This document shows, one piece after another, positions 1-8,817 of a stretch of 64,000 nt of DNA. Source of the DNA: Bdellovibrionales bacterium. Its GTDB lineage: Bacteria > Bdellovibrionota > Bdellovibrionia > Bdellovibrionales > JAGQZY01. Location: the NCBI GenBank assembly GCA_043757265.1, contig JAYUQP010000061.1, forward strand, positions 9,588-73,587. The letters run 5' to 3'. The translations under genes and the position numbers were made by a program. The notes beneath the pieces were generated by a model, which did not search any database, had not been told where the DNA came from, and saw nothing but the letters and a program-made list of their open reading frames with translations. The first letter of the stretch is position 1; each line of letters begins with the position of its first letter.

Positions 1-1482
1 GTCGATATAAAAAGTCACGGGAGTGTTTGCCGCTCGAAAAGCAACACCTGGATAAATTTTCGTCATCGTTGGAAATTGCGCCAGCGTGGGCGCGACTTCG
101 CGAATGCGACGAGCATTGTCGGCCGTTGAGGAGCCAATTGCCCGTGATAGATGTTGCACGTCTGGTGTTGAGTACATATGCACACGCGGGCAGTTTGCGA
201 CGAGGCAAGTCGTGGTGTCGTAAGCCATCAAATCGCGGAACATGGGCGATGTCGTATTTATATAACCCCGGGCGTAGGGCAAAGAACCCGTCCCAGCGCT
301 CGCATCGTTATGATCTGCGCCAAAGTTGTGACCCAGTTCATGGGCCACCGTAAATTTATTATTACAATTTCTTGCCGACACCGCGTAACCGTTTTTTGTG
401 TACGAAGAGGCGCTGGTAGAGTTGAGCCAAGCCATACCGCAATAGTTACTGGAGGTGGCTGTGTACAACAGTGCCAAACTTGCATTGTGAGTTTTAAGAA
501 GGTTATCGATGCTGTCCATAAACGAATCATCGCCGTCTGTAAAACGTCTGAGATCTAGATATAAATCTGCCGATTGCACGTAAGGCGTTGAAACCATATG
601 AGCAATGGTAAACTCAACATTAGCTTGGCTTGTGTTCATCGAATTTTGCGTGATGTTGGTGATCTGGTTTTGAATTTCTGCACGAACGGCACTATCGCCA
701 CCCGCAGCTGTTTGCGCCGCAGCCGTAAACATAACAACCACACGAATTGGCACATCTCCTGGAGCTCCGGCTGCAATTGGTTGGTTTGCGGGTACCATCT
801 CACTAGCAACATCTCCGGCGAGATCGCCTGACGGTTCTGAATGAACCGACTTGTCTAGTTTTTTGGGGAGGCGACGTTCATCAACAGAAAGCAAAAAGTG
901 ATTTTTGTCGCCAGAAAACTGAATTTGCAAAGATTGTTTTTCAAAAATAACATGACCAACAAGTAAATTATTGGTCGCAGTAAGCGAAACGGAGGAATCC
1001 GAAAAGTTTTCTACGGTTCCATTCAAAAAATACAAACCTGTGTCGTCTTTGGATCTTTTAATTTTTAAAATGGCATTCACTCTTTTTCGGTCAAACAATG
1101 GAAGCTCAACCTTGAGAGTTTGGCCGTCCTGCAAGCTCTGAAAAAAACTTGCAGGGATAGAAATTTCTTTGGCTTTGAGAACCGGCACGGCACTTTTCGC
1201 TTCGATTTTTGATTTTGGAAGGCTTGGAACCACATCGACAAATAACGGCTGGGTGGCAGAAACGTTATCGGCTGGTTTGCGCGAAGGGAGAACGGCTTCT
1301 TTTGAAGGCGACTCTTCCTTATCTTTTTCGATAGGCTTCGACGCGAGAACCGGAGCAGCCGCCTGCTCAACCTCGTGAATTGCAAAGCGAGTGGAGTGAG
1401 TTGGTTTTTGCGAATTTTTATGGAGAACCCACGCGAAAAGCCCCAAAAATATAAGACAGATAGCTAAATATTTGCGCTTCAA
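1..1482 (-). CDS. Secreted zinc metalloprotease, metzincin (reprolysin/M12B-like); C-terminus runs off the window
   Basis: Absent from ORF track (no stop inside window). Own translation of the minus strand in the frame ending at nt 1 is open for 494 codons from TTG 1482-1480, with in-frame stops just upstream. N-terminus LKRKYLAICLIFLGLFAWVL looks like a signal/anchor. nt 342-310 encode HELGHNFGADH (HExxHxxGxxH zinc site), followed by RDLMAY Met-turn candidate. Confidence 0.8.
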   Translation of the reverse strand, partial: MKRKYLAICLIFLGLFAWVLHKNSQKPTHSTRFAIHEVEQAAAPVLASKPIEKDKEESPSKEAVLPSRKPADNVSATQPLFVDVVPSLPKSKIEAKSAVPVLKAKEISIPASFFQSLQDGQTLKVELPLFDRKRVNAILKIKRSKDDTGLYFLNGTVENFSDSSVSLTATNNLLVGHVIFEKQSLQIQFSGDKNHFLLSVDERRLPKKLDKSVHSEPSGDLAGDVASEMVPANQPIAAGAPGDVPIRVVVMFTAAAQTAAGGDSAVRAEIQNQITNITQNSMNTSQANVEFTIAHMVSTPYVQSADLYLDLRRFTDGDDSFMDSIDNLLKTHNASLALLYTATSSNYCGMAWLNSTSASSYTKNGYAVSARNCNNKFTVAHELGHNFGADHNDASAGTGSLPYARGYINTTSPMFRDLMAYDTTTCLVANCPRVHMYSTPDVQHLSRAIGSSTADNARRIREVAPTLAQFPTMTKIYPGVAFRAANTPVTFYID

Positions 1483-1900
1483 TTGTCCCCCAGGAAAATG
1501 TATTGGTCTTTATCGGCTAAGCCTTAAAAATTACTAAGGGAATTGTGGCGTGGTTCTTATAATAAGACACTTCGTAGTTTTATAGGGGGCTTACCAAAGG
1601 TCCAGAGGCTTTGAGACGAACGTGTAAGTCGGCGTCTCGAATTGAGACGCTCGATTACCAAGTGAGCCGAACCAAAGTCGAGATGCCAGTAACGTCGTTC
1701 AGTGCGTGCAAGCGTGGCCGTGGGTTTCGATCGTCTGCCATGGGTGGGCTAAAGCCGACGGGTGCAGGCTCTGGATGACGGCGGTGTTGTTACGACAACA
1801 TTGTTGGCTTTACGATTTTGTTGAAACAAAAATTCTGATAAATCTTTGTGAACGCTTGAGGAGTGGGAATACATCGATTCAACGATTCCATACGTGAATT

Positions 1901-1920
1901 CAAGAATTCGCGAATTCTTG
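1901..1920. terminator. Perfect 20-bp palindrome (caagaattcg|cgaattcttg) 18 nt beyond gcvP stop; candidate terminator
   Basis: Palindrome read directly. Followed on + strand by taaagtattttttc (T-run). On - strand it lies just after the gcvP stop (1941-1939). Confidence 0.4.
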
Positions 1921-1938
1921 TAAAGTATTTTTTCAAAT

Positions 1939-4782
1939 TTAATACTCGGTCAGCGGGGGACACGAGCACATAATGTTCTTATCACCGTAGGCGTTGTCCA
2001 CGCGGTTTGAACTCACCCAGAACTTGCGATCGCGCACTGCGGGAAGCGGAAAGAAAGCTTCTTGGCGGGAGTATGGTCGGTTCCAATCATCCACCAGATC
2101 GTCTGCGGTGTGCGGCGCGTTTTTTAAAGGGTTGTTAGCACGATCAATTTTACCATCGGCAACTTGCGAAATTTCTTTTCGAATTTGAATCATGGCATCA
2201 CAAAAACGATCGATTTCGGTTTTTGACTCGCTCTCGGTGGGCTCGATCATCAGTGTGTTGACGACCGGCCACGACATTGTCGGAGCATGAAAGCCGTAAT
2301 CCATCAGTCGCTTGGCAATGTCCGTCACATCGATGCCGGTTTGATCTTTGATTGGGCGAATATCAATGATGCACTCGTGGGCAACCATATCGTTTTTTCC
2401 TGTGTACAAAATTGGATAGTGGTCTTTCAATTTTTGCGCGATGTAGTTAGCATTTAAAATGGCAACTTGCGTGGCTTTTTTCAAACCATCAGGTCCCATC
2501 ATTTTAATGTAGCTCCATGAGATCGGAAGGATTAAAGCGCTTCCCCAAGGGGCCGAAGTCGTGGCCGTGATTCCCGTTGGCGGACCCGCTAGAACTTCAA
2601 GGCTGTGCTTTGGAAGAAACGGAGTCAAGTGAGCTGCCACACCGATGGGGCCAACTCCGGGGCCGCCACCACCGTGAGGGATACAAAATGTTTTATGTAA
2701 ATTAAGATGCGAAACATCAACGCCTATATCGCCCGGTCGGCAAATTCCAACAAGCGCGTTCATGTTGGCTCCGTCCATGTAAACCTGGCCACCATTTTGG
2801 TGAATAAGCGTGCACATGTCTTTGATAGAGTCTTCAAACACACCGTGCGTGGATGGGTACGTGATCATCAAGCAAGCTAGATTTTTTTCATGCTGCTGCG
2901 CTTTTGCTTTGAGGTCTGTCATGTCTACGTTCCCTTGGGAATCGCAGGCAACAACTACAACATCAAGGCCCGCCATGACCGCACTTGCGGGATTGGTTCC
3001 GTGGGCCGAGCTCGGGATTAAACAAATGTTTCGATGAGCTTGTCCTGTAGATTTTTGATACTCGCGCACTACCATGAGGCCGGCGTACTCGCCTTGTGAT
3101 CCTGCATTGGGTTGCAGCGACATTCCATCAAACCCAGTGATTTCCTTAAGCTGCCCTTCGAGTTCGTGGATGAGTTCGCGAATGCCCACCGTTTGTTCGC
3201 TAGGTGTGAACGGATGAAGATTGGCAAACTCAGGCCAGGTTACTGGAATCATTTCGGTGGTGGAATTGAGTTTCATGGTGCAAGACCCGAGGGGAATCAT
3301 GGAATCCGCAAGTGTCAGGTCCTTTTTTTGCAACTTACTAATATAGCGAAGCATTTCGGTTTCGGAGCGGTAAAGATGAAAAACCGGATGAGTCATGTAG
3401 CTGCTCGAACGAAGAAGCGCGCCTGTCGGAGCAACCTCTTTAACATCAACTTTAATTTTTTGTCCGCCAGTAAAAATTTCGGAAAAAATTTCGGCGATCA
3501 GTTCTAAGTCGGCCTCTGTTGTTGTCTCGTCAATGGAAAGACGAACCGTGGCCGAATTTGGGTAGAAAAAATTCACTGATTTTTCAAGAGCACTTTTTCG
3601 AATCTGCGCCGTTTTTTCAGGCGATAACGAAAAAGTCAGAGTGTCGAAGGAGTCCGAAGCAAGCATTGCAAACCCGGCTTTTTGCAATGCTTCTTTGAGT
3701 GCGGCTGTTTGATTTTTGATTTTTTGAGCGATGTTCTTTAGACCTTGTGGTCCATGATAAACGCCGTACATCCCAGCCATCACGGCAAGAAGCACTTGCG
3801 CAGTACAAATGTTGCTGGTGGCTTTTTCGCGTCGAATATGTTGTTCGCGTGTTTGCAAAGTGAGTCGGTAACATGATTTTCCACGGCTATCTTTTGTAAC
3901 ACCAACGATGCGACCTGGAATCGAACGCGCTAACGATTCTTTTGTTGCAAGGAAGGCTGCGTGTGGTCCGCCAAAACCCATGGGTACACCGAAACGCTGA
4001 CTGCTTCCAACAACGATATCAGCGCCCATTTCTCCCGGTGATTTGTAAAGCGTCAGAGCAAGAAGATCTGTTGCTGCGATAACCATTGCTTTTTGGGCAT
4101 GGGCCAAATCGCTTAATTTTTGAAAGTCCTCAAGTGTTCCGTCTGCGCCAGGATACTGCGTGAGAATTGCAAAAACCTGATCCCACGGACAATTTTTAAA
4201 ATCATCAACAATAAGTTCGATGCCAATTGGCAGCGCGCGCGTTTGCAAAACTTCCAGTGTTTGCGGAAATGTATTTTTGTCCACAAACATAACATTCTTT
4301 TTTTGCCGATTTAAACCGTGAGCCATGGCCATTGCTTCGGCGGCCGCAGTTCCTTCATCGAGCAATGAGGCGTTAGAAAGCTCCATGCCCGTTAAATCGG
4401 AAACCATTGTTTGAAAATTTATGAGGGCTTCAAGGCGCCCTTGTGAAATTTCAGGTTGGTACGGAGTGTAGGCCGTGTACCAACCGGGATTCTCAAATAC
4501 ATTTCGTAAAATCACGGTCGGAGTGACTGTGCCGTAATAGCCAGTGCCCATAAAATTTTTGAAAATCTTATTTTTAAGCGAAAGAAATTTTGCGTTTTCT
4601 AAAACCTGATTTTCAGTGAGCCCCTGCGGGAGATCTAGCGTCGACGAATAATAAATATTCGTCGGCACAGTCTTTTTTATCAAATCGTCCAGCGACGGGG
4701 AACCAACGATCTTGAGCATCGCTTGAATGTCTGAATCAGTTGGTCCAATGTGACGAGAAACAAATGGACTCAGTGTCGTCAT
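1939..4782 (-). CDS. gcvP: Glycine dehydrogenase (decarboxylating), single-chain P-protein of the glycine cleavage system
   Basis: 947-aa ORF. N-terminal FVSRHIGP and PLP-lysine region SHLNLHKTFCIPHGGGGPG are typical of fused GcvP; the length fits. Confidence 0.95.
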   Translation of the reverse strand: MTTLSPFVSRHIGPTDSDIQAMLKIVGSPSLDDLIKKTVPTNIYYSSTLDLPQGLTENQVLENAKFLSLKNKIFKNFMGTGYYGTVTPTVILRNVFENPGWYTAYTPYQPEISQGRLEALINFQTMVSDLTGMELSNASLLDEGTAAAEAMAMAHGLNRQKKNVMFVDKNTFPQTLEVLQTRALPIGIELIVDDFKNCPWDQVFAILTQYPGADGTLEDFQKLSDLAHAQKAMVIAATDLLALTLYKSPGEMGADIVVGSSQRFGVPMGFGGPHAAFLATKESLARSIPGRIVGVTKDSRGKSCYRLTLQTREQHIRREKATSNICTAQVLLAVMAGMYGVYHGPQGLKNIAQKIKNQTAALKEALQKAGFAMLASDSFDTLTFSLSPEKTAQIRKSALEKSVNFFYPNSATVRLSIDETTTEADLELIAEIFSEIFTGGQKIKVDVKEVAPTGALLRSSSYMTHPVFHLYRSETEMLRYISKLQKKDLTLADSMIPLGSCTMKLNSTTEMIPVTWPEFANLHPFTPSEQTVGIRELIHELEGQLKEITGFDGMSLQPNAGSQGEYAGLMVVREYQKSTGQAHRNICLIPSSAHGTNPASAVMAGLDVVVVACDSQGNVDMTDLKAKAQQHEKNLACLMITYPSTHGVFEDSIKDMCTLIHQNGGQVYMDGANMNALVGICRPGDIGVDVSHLNLHKTFCIPHGGGGPGVGPIGVAAHLTPFLPKHSLEVLAGPPTGITATTSAPWGSALILPISWSYIKMMGPDGLKKATQVAILNANYIAQKLKDHYPILYTGKNDMVAHECIIDIRPIKDQTGIDVTDIAKRLMDYGFHAPTMSWPVVNTLMIEPTESESKTEIDRFCDAMIQIRKEISQVADGKIDRANNPLKNAPHTADDLVDDWNRPYSRQEAFFPLPAVRDRKFWVSSNRVDNAYGDKNIMCSCPPLTEY

Positions 4783-4789
4783 CGAAAAC

Positions 4790-5260
4790 TCACTTTTTCT
4801 TACGGGTTTTTGTCAAAGTCTTCTTAGCTTTTGCCACAGCTGTTTTTTTAACCTTGCGGATCACCTTTTTAATATTTTTTTCTTCGGTCTTTACAGACGC
4901 TTTTGCTTTTTTAGAAAAATAGCTAAAGTTCGTTTGCAAAAGTTTTTCCAGATCCTTTTTTTGTTTAAAGGCCTGCTTTTGCGCTTCCTTTAAAACTTTG
5001 AAGGCCTCTTCTTTGCGCGAAGAAACAAGCTTCATGGTTTTATCCATTTCTTTTTCCACTTTGTTTTGCACATTCGAAATGGTGCCCATGATCTCATTGT
5101 ATTTCTTTTCGACGTAGTCTCTTTTATCGGATGGGATCGCTTTTTTAAAATCAAACTTTTCGATTTCCGCAATCAACTTTTTGACTTCTTTTTTAAGGGA
5201 ATCAAAGTCTTTAATTTTCATCAACTCTTCGCGAATCTGGTTTAAATTTAATTGGCTCAT
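4790..5260 (-). CDS. Lys/Glu-rich coiled-coil protein with histone-H1-like basic C-terminal tail (function unknown)
   Basis: 156-aa ORF whose stop is 7 nt from the gcvP start (likely co-transcribed). Heptad-like K/E sequence. Tail is KKVIRKVKKTAVAKAKKTLTKTRKKK. No family recognised. Confidence 0.5.
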   Translation of the reverse strand: MSQLNLNQIREELMKIKDFDSLKKEVKKLIAEIEKFDFKKAIPSDKRDYVEKKYNEIMGTISNVQNKVEKEMDKTMKLVSSRKEEAFKVLKEAQKQAFKQKKDLEKLLQTNFSYFSKKAKASVKTEEKNIKKVIRKVKKTAVAKAKKTLTKTRKKK

Positions 5261-5430
5261 GGGACCTCACTTCGTGAGATTCTTTTACGACTTAACTCGA
5301 AATTTCTCAAGTGAGATATTCAGTGGGAACCCGCAGATACCTTTTTAGTTGGCAACACGCCTCATTTCTTCTGGTTGCTGGACTCGCGATTTCTCTATAT
5401 ACCCACTTAAACCCAAAGGAGAACCAGGCC

Positions 5431-6654
5431 ATGACAAGAGACGAGTTCATGCAGACCCAGTGGAGCCCCTATCCGCAGCCCCCTTCGCAGTATTGGGAAG
5501 ACTCTGACTGGTGTTTTGGTAAAATCGCTCAAAAAGTTGGCGTTTCGATTCAGTTTGCAGGCGGTTCGCATTCATTTGATATTCGTTCTCAACAAAGCCC
5601 CCATCCCACCTTTGGTAAATCCATCTCGGCTGAATTGTTAAGATCTGGTGATGTTGTCGCCTATCAGGTCCCAACCGGTGCTGCCTATCTACTGAGCCCT
5701 CATTTGGGAGCAGCTTCGCAAGTTTCAAGCTGCGAAGCGCGGGTCTCGTGGCAAACGTTCCTCGAGACTGTTCGTGATTACTTTCGCCAGCAGGACTTTC
5801 GTTACTGGCAAACTCCGAATCTTCTAGCGTCTCCTGGAATCGACGCGCACATTGATTTTTTCACAGCGCAGGGAGTACGCACACAAAGAACTTATTTTTT
5901 ACCAACCAGCCCCGAATTCGCACTTAAAAAAGCCATAGCCGATGGCGAAACAAAGGTGTTCGAAATAAAATCTTGTTTTCGTGATGATGACAACAGTCCA
6001 ACCCACACTTCGGAGTTCACAATGCTGGAATGGTATCGTGCCTATGCAGATAAGTGGGAGCTGTTCGAAGATTTTTTAGATCTTGTTCGCTATATCGGAT
6101 ACAAAATGAAGCTAGATATTCCAATTGATTTTTCAGCGGCTCAAACCTCCGTCGCCGAATTATTTCTGCAGAATTTAAATTTTCAACTCAACCCGCAAAC
6201 GAGTCGCCAAGAGCTATTGGATTTGCTAGCAAGTCGCAATTTACATGTTGGCGAGGACGATGACTGGGATGATTTGTTTTTTCGCCTTTACATCGAATTT
6301 ATAGAGCCAGCATTGGGATCCGAAGGGCCCCAGGCGGTATTTAATTTCCCAGCCAGCCAAAGCTCACTGTCGCGAAAAACCGATAACGGTTGGGCCGATC
6401 GTTTTGAAATTTATTGGAAGGGGATGGAACTTGCCAATGCCTACCAGGAACAAACCGATCCCCGGGAGATCGAGTTGCGTTACCAATCTGAGATTGAAAA
6501 GCGTCTCCGGGCAGGTAAAACACCGCACCCCCAAGACCCGCAATTTTTAGAAAAAATGCGTGAGGGGTTTCCCCCATGCGCAGGAATCGCATTGGGGCTC
6601 GACCGGCTGTGGATGGTGCTCAACAAAATCGCATCCATCCAATCTTTACGATAA
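5431..6654 (+). CDS. epmA: EpmA/PoxA(GenX)-like class II lysyl-tRNA-synthetase paralog (candidate EF-P lysine ligase) with extra N-terminal ~110 aa
   Basis: Class II aaRS motif 2 (FEIKSCFRDDDNSPTHTSEFTMLEWYRAY) and motif 3 (GFPPCAGIALGLDRLWMVL). Start moved from GTG 5311 to ATG 5431, which is preceded by aaaggaga SD. Confidence 0.6.
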   Translation: MTRDEFMQTQWSPYPQPPSQYWEDSDWCFGKIAQKVGVSIQFAGGSHSFDIRSQQSPHPTFGKSISAELLRSGDVVAYQVPTGAAYLLSPHLGAASQVSSCEARVSWQTFLETVRDYFRQQDFRYWQTPNLLASPGIDAHIDFFTAQGVRTQRTYFLPTSPEFALKKAIADGETKVFEIKSCFRDDDNSPTHTSEFTMLEWYRAYADKWELFEDFLDLVRYIGYKMKLDIPIDFSAAQTSVAELFLQNLNFQLNPQTSRQELLDLLASRNLHVGEDDDWDDLFFRLYIEFIEPALGSEGPQAVFNFPASQSSLSRKTDNGWADRFEIYWKGMELANAYQEQTDPREIELRYQSEIEKRLRAGKTPHPQDPQFLEKMREGFPPCAGIALGLDRLWMVLNKIASIQSLR

Positions 6655-6708
6655 TTTTAAGTGCTCCCGCCAGACTTCGGTTGTAAGATTTTTTAAGAAG
6701 GGGGAAAA

Positions 6709-6996
6709 ATGCACTCATTTTTAGCAAAGACGCTCGGCCACTACATATCTGAAACTCGGCACGAAATTCCTATGCGCCAGCGGGAATTAGCCAAAACACT
6801 CGGAATTTCCGCACAATTTCTGGGTAAAATCGAAAAGGGGGAAGTGATGATTCCAGCCGATGTCCTGTCACACTGTATATCGGTACTAAAGCTCGGCCGG
6901 TCACACATTGTTTCTATTTACAAAGCCGCCGCCGAAAAAGAAGCGGAACAGATTTTTCTACAGAGCAAAGATTTTCGAACTAAAAAAACAGCTTAG
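6709..6996 (+). CDS. XRE-family helix-turn-helix transcriptional regulator
   Basis: 95 aa. MRQRELAKTLGISAQFLGKIEKGE matches the Cro/C1-type HTH pattern. Confidence 0.7.
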   Translation: MHSFLAKTLGHYISETRHEIPMRQRELAKTLGISAQFLGKIEKGEVMIPADVLSHCISVLKLGRSHIVSIYKAAAEKEAEQIFLQSKDFRTKKTA

Positions 6997-7028
6997 TTCG
7001 TTTGAAAAAGTCGCATCATTGGTTAGCC

Positions 7029-7140
7029 GGTCGCTTCTTTGCGAAGCTCGCTTTTTTAAAGGGTCGCTTCTTTGCGAAGCTTTGGATGCTCGCGCACTTG
7101 CAAAGCTCGCTTAATCAAACTCGCTTACTTGTTAAGCTCG
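7029..7140. repeat. Tandem ~30-33-bp hairpin repeats (ggtcgcttctttgcgaagct x2 exact, plus two degenerate copies)
   Basis: Exact 20-mer at 7029-7048 and 7062-7081, each a gcttc/gaagc stem. Degenerate copies are cgcacttgcaaagctcgc (7093-7110) and ctcgcttacttgttaagctcg (7120-7140). The array lies between convergent genes and runs into the ihfB-like 3' end. Confidence 0.75.
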
Positions 7141-7400
7141 TCTTTGAGTTCTTTTCCGACTTTGAAAAAGGGGAGTTTTTTTTCGGGGACATTTATGATT
7201 TCGCCGGTGCGCGGGTTGCGACCTTGATACGAGTCATAGGCTTTGTTGGTAAAGGATCCAAAACCTCTAATTTCAATGCGATCATTCTTAAGTAGGGCTT
7301 CAATCATGGTATCAAAAATTGTATTCACAACTGTCTCAGCCTTAACTCGTGTGATACCACGCTTTTCTGCGATCAAATCAATCAGGTCTGCTTTTGTCAT
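7125..7400 (-). CDS. ihfB: Integration host factor beta-like (HU/IHF family) DNA-binding protein
   Basis: MTKADLIDLIAEK...RIEIRGFGSF...GRNPRTGE...PFFKVGKELK is close to the IHF-beta pattern. ATG 7400 is preceded by gaggga SD; the track start at 7415 is probably too long. Confidence 0.8.
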   Translation of the reverse strand: MTKADLIDLIAEKRGITRVKAETVVNTIFDTMIEALLKNDRIEIRGFGSFTNKAYDSYQGRNPRTGEIINVPEKKLPFFKVGKELKDELNK

Positions 7401-7484
7401 ATATTCCCTCACCAAGAACAGTTGTAACTATTCGTAATTATAGCGAAAAAAACCCTAGGCTCAACAGCTAAACAGCGACTTAGC

Positions 7485-8768
7485 CTAAGGTCGCATATCT
7501 TTCTCCTGAAGTCGGTGGTTTTTATACCTTTGCGTCATGGATAGAGTTTGAAGATAAGCATCTAACGTTTGCTGAGTGAGTTTGGTGAGGTTAAAAAGCG
7601 AAAGAACTTTCTGCCTTGCTCGCTCGCCAACATTTTCGTAGTTCGCTGAAAACGAAAAAATATCGATGAGTAATTCGCACAGAGAATTTGTATCTGCGGG
7701 GCGTATCAAAAACCCGTCCCCCGTATTGTCGATCACGCTTGCCAGGGATCCAACATCCGAACCAATAACAATTTTTTGCTGAGCCATGGCTTCAAATGTC
7801 GTCGGTTCGAACCCAGACGACAAAGGATTAAAGCTGATGAATGCGTCAGCCAAGTCGATGTAGTCGTGCACCTCATACGGCGGAACCGCACCGGCAAAAA
7901 TCACTTTGCTAGCGAGCGCGAGATTTAACATTTCGTATTCGAGTGCTTTAAAAAAGGGGCCTGAGCCCACAACAACCAGGCGAGTATTTGGTTTTTTTAC
8001 CGCGACTTTTTGAAAGGCGCGAAGCACGTGGGTGAGTTCGGTTTTTTCGAGCATATCCGAAAACGTCACTGCGACTTTGCAATTGAGAGGAATGCTTAAT
8101 TTTTTTCGTAACTGCTCTGATTTCTGCCGCACGGATAAATCATGCAAATCTAAACTATAGGGGATAGTAAAAATATGCATGGGCGGGTAAAGATAATATC
8201 TTTCGAGAATCCATTTTTGTTGAACACTCGTAACAAAAGCGGCATCCGCAGCACTCAAAAGCGCTCGATCTTTTTGCAAATAGTTTTTTAAAAACGTATA
8301 GGAGATTCTAAAGCCGTTTCGAATTTTACTAATTGGAGTTTCTTCGGACATGCCGATCAATGAGTAAAGCTGAGCCATCGACGTGGCTTGGATATCGAAA
8401 GCTGTGGCAAATGAATGCTGTTTTCGTTCGCGAGCCAGTAAAAATCCATCGCGCGTCAGACTATGAAGAATATGGTAAGGGGAGTTGCGATGTTCTTCTA
8501 AGAAAACCTCGCGAATCAAACGCGGGAATTCGAGAATATTTTTACTTTTTTTAAGTTCGCTCATAAAAGAGATTTGCACGTTGTCGGTTTTAACAACTGG
8601 CTCGCCCAACGAATTAGTCCAGGCAAGCACATGCACTTGATGTCCCTGCGCTGCAAGCTGGCGCAAGATGGGCCACACAAAACCTTGTGAAGATGAGGCG
8701 CTACCGATCGTGAATTTTGGCGATACGATGGCGATTTTTAATTTTTGCGGCAAATTTTGGCGCGACAC
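7485..8768 (-). CDS. Glycosyltransferase, GT-B fold (family 4-like)
   Basis: 427 aa. N-terminal IAIVSPKF...GF.WPILRQLAAQGHQVHVL, and C-terminal sugar-donor region SFNPLSSGFEPTTFEAMAQQKIVIGSDVGSL (E-x7-E-like). Confidence 0.75.
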   Translation of the reverse strand: MSRQNLPQKLKIAIVSPKFTIGSASSSQGFVWPILRQLAAQGHQVHVLAWTNSLGEPVVKTDNVQISFMSELKKSKNILEFPRLIREVFLEEHRNSPYHILHSLTRDGFLLARERKQHSFATAFDIQATSMAQLYSLIGMSEETPISKIRNGFRISYTFLKNYLQKDRALLSAADAAFVTSVQQKWILERYYLYPPMHIFTIPYSLDLHDLSVRQKSEQLRKKLSIPLNCKVAVTFSDMLEKTELTHVLRAFQKVAVKKPNTRLVVVGSGPFFKALEYEMLNLALASKVIFAGAVPPYEVHDYIDLADAFISFNPLSSGFEPTTFEAMAQQKIVIGSDVGSLASVIDNTGDGFLIRPADTNSLCELLIDIFSFSANYENVGERARQKVLSLFNLTKLTQQTLDAYLQTLSMTQRYKNHRLQEKDMRP

Positions 8769-8817
8769 GTTTTTAGCTTAATCTTTTTAGGAGACGCTCG
8801 CAAGCTCGTTAGAACAA

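Noticed and set aside
27-831. Four + strand ORFs (27-353, 178-558, 598-831) and the minus ORF 258-530 from the track
   Set aside because: They are shadows or alternative frames of the 494-codon metzincin gene on the minus strand. Their sequences are Cys/Arg-rich and low-plausibility.
1590-1625. The minus-strand tctcaaagcctctggacc resembles the ACGCAAAGCCUCCGGCC core of GEMM-I c-di-GMP riboswitches
   Set aside because: The partner GGCAAACC / GNRA tetraloop hairpin and P1 pairing are not recognisable. The similarity is limited to about 12 nt.
3112-3507. 131-aa + strand ORF (and other ORFs 1994-4314) inside gcvP
   Set aside because: They are antisense to, or out of frame with, a confidently identified 947-aa gene. 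No motifs were seen.
4783-4789. Looked for a glycine riboswitch upstream of gcvP
   Set aside because: Only 7 nt separate gcvP from the upstream ORF. No tandem GGAGAG...CACCGAAGGGGCAA-type aptamer motifs were seen within several hundred nt.
7002-7295. 97-aa + ORF spanning the hairpin repeats and the ihfB-like gene
   Set aside because: Its repetitive FFAKL sequence derives from translating the tandem repeat, and the rest is antisense to the ihfB-like gene.
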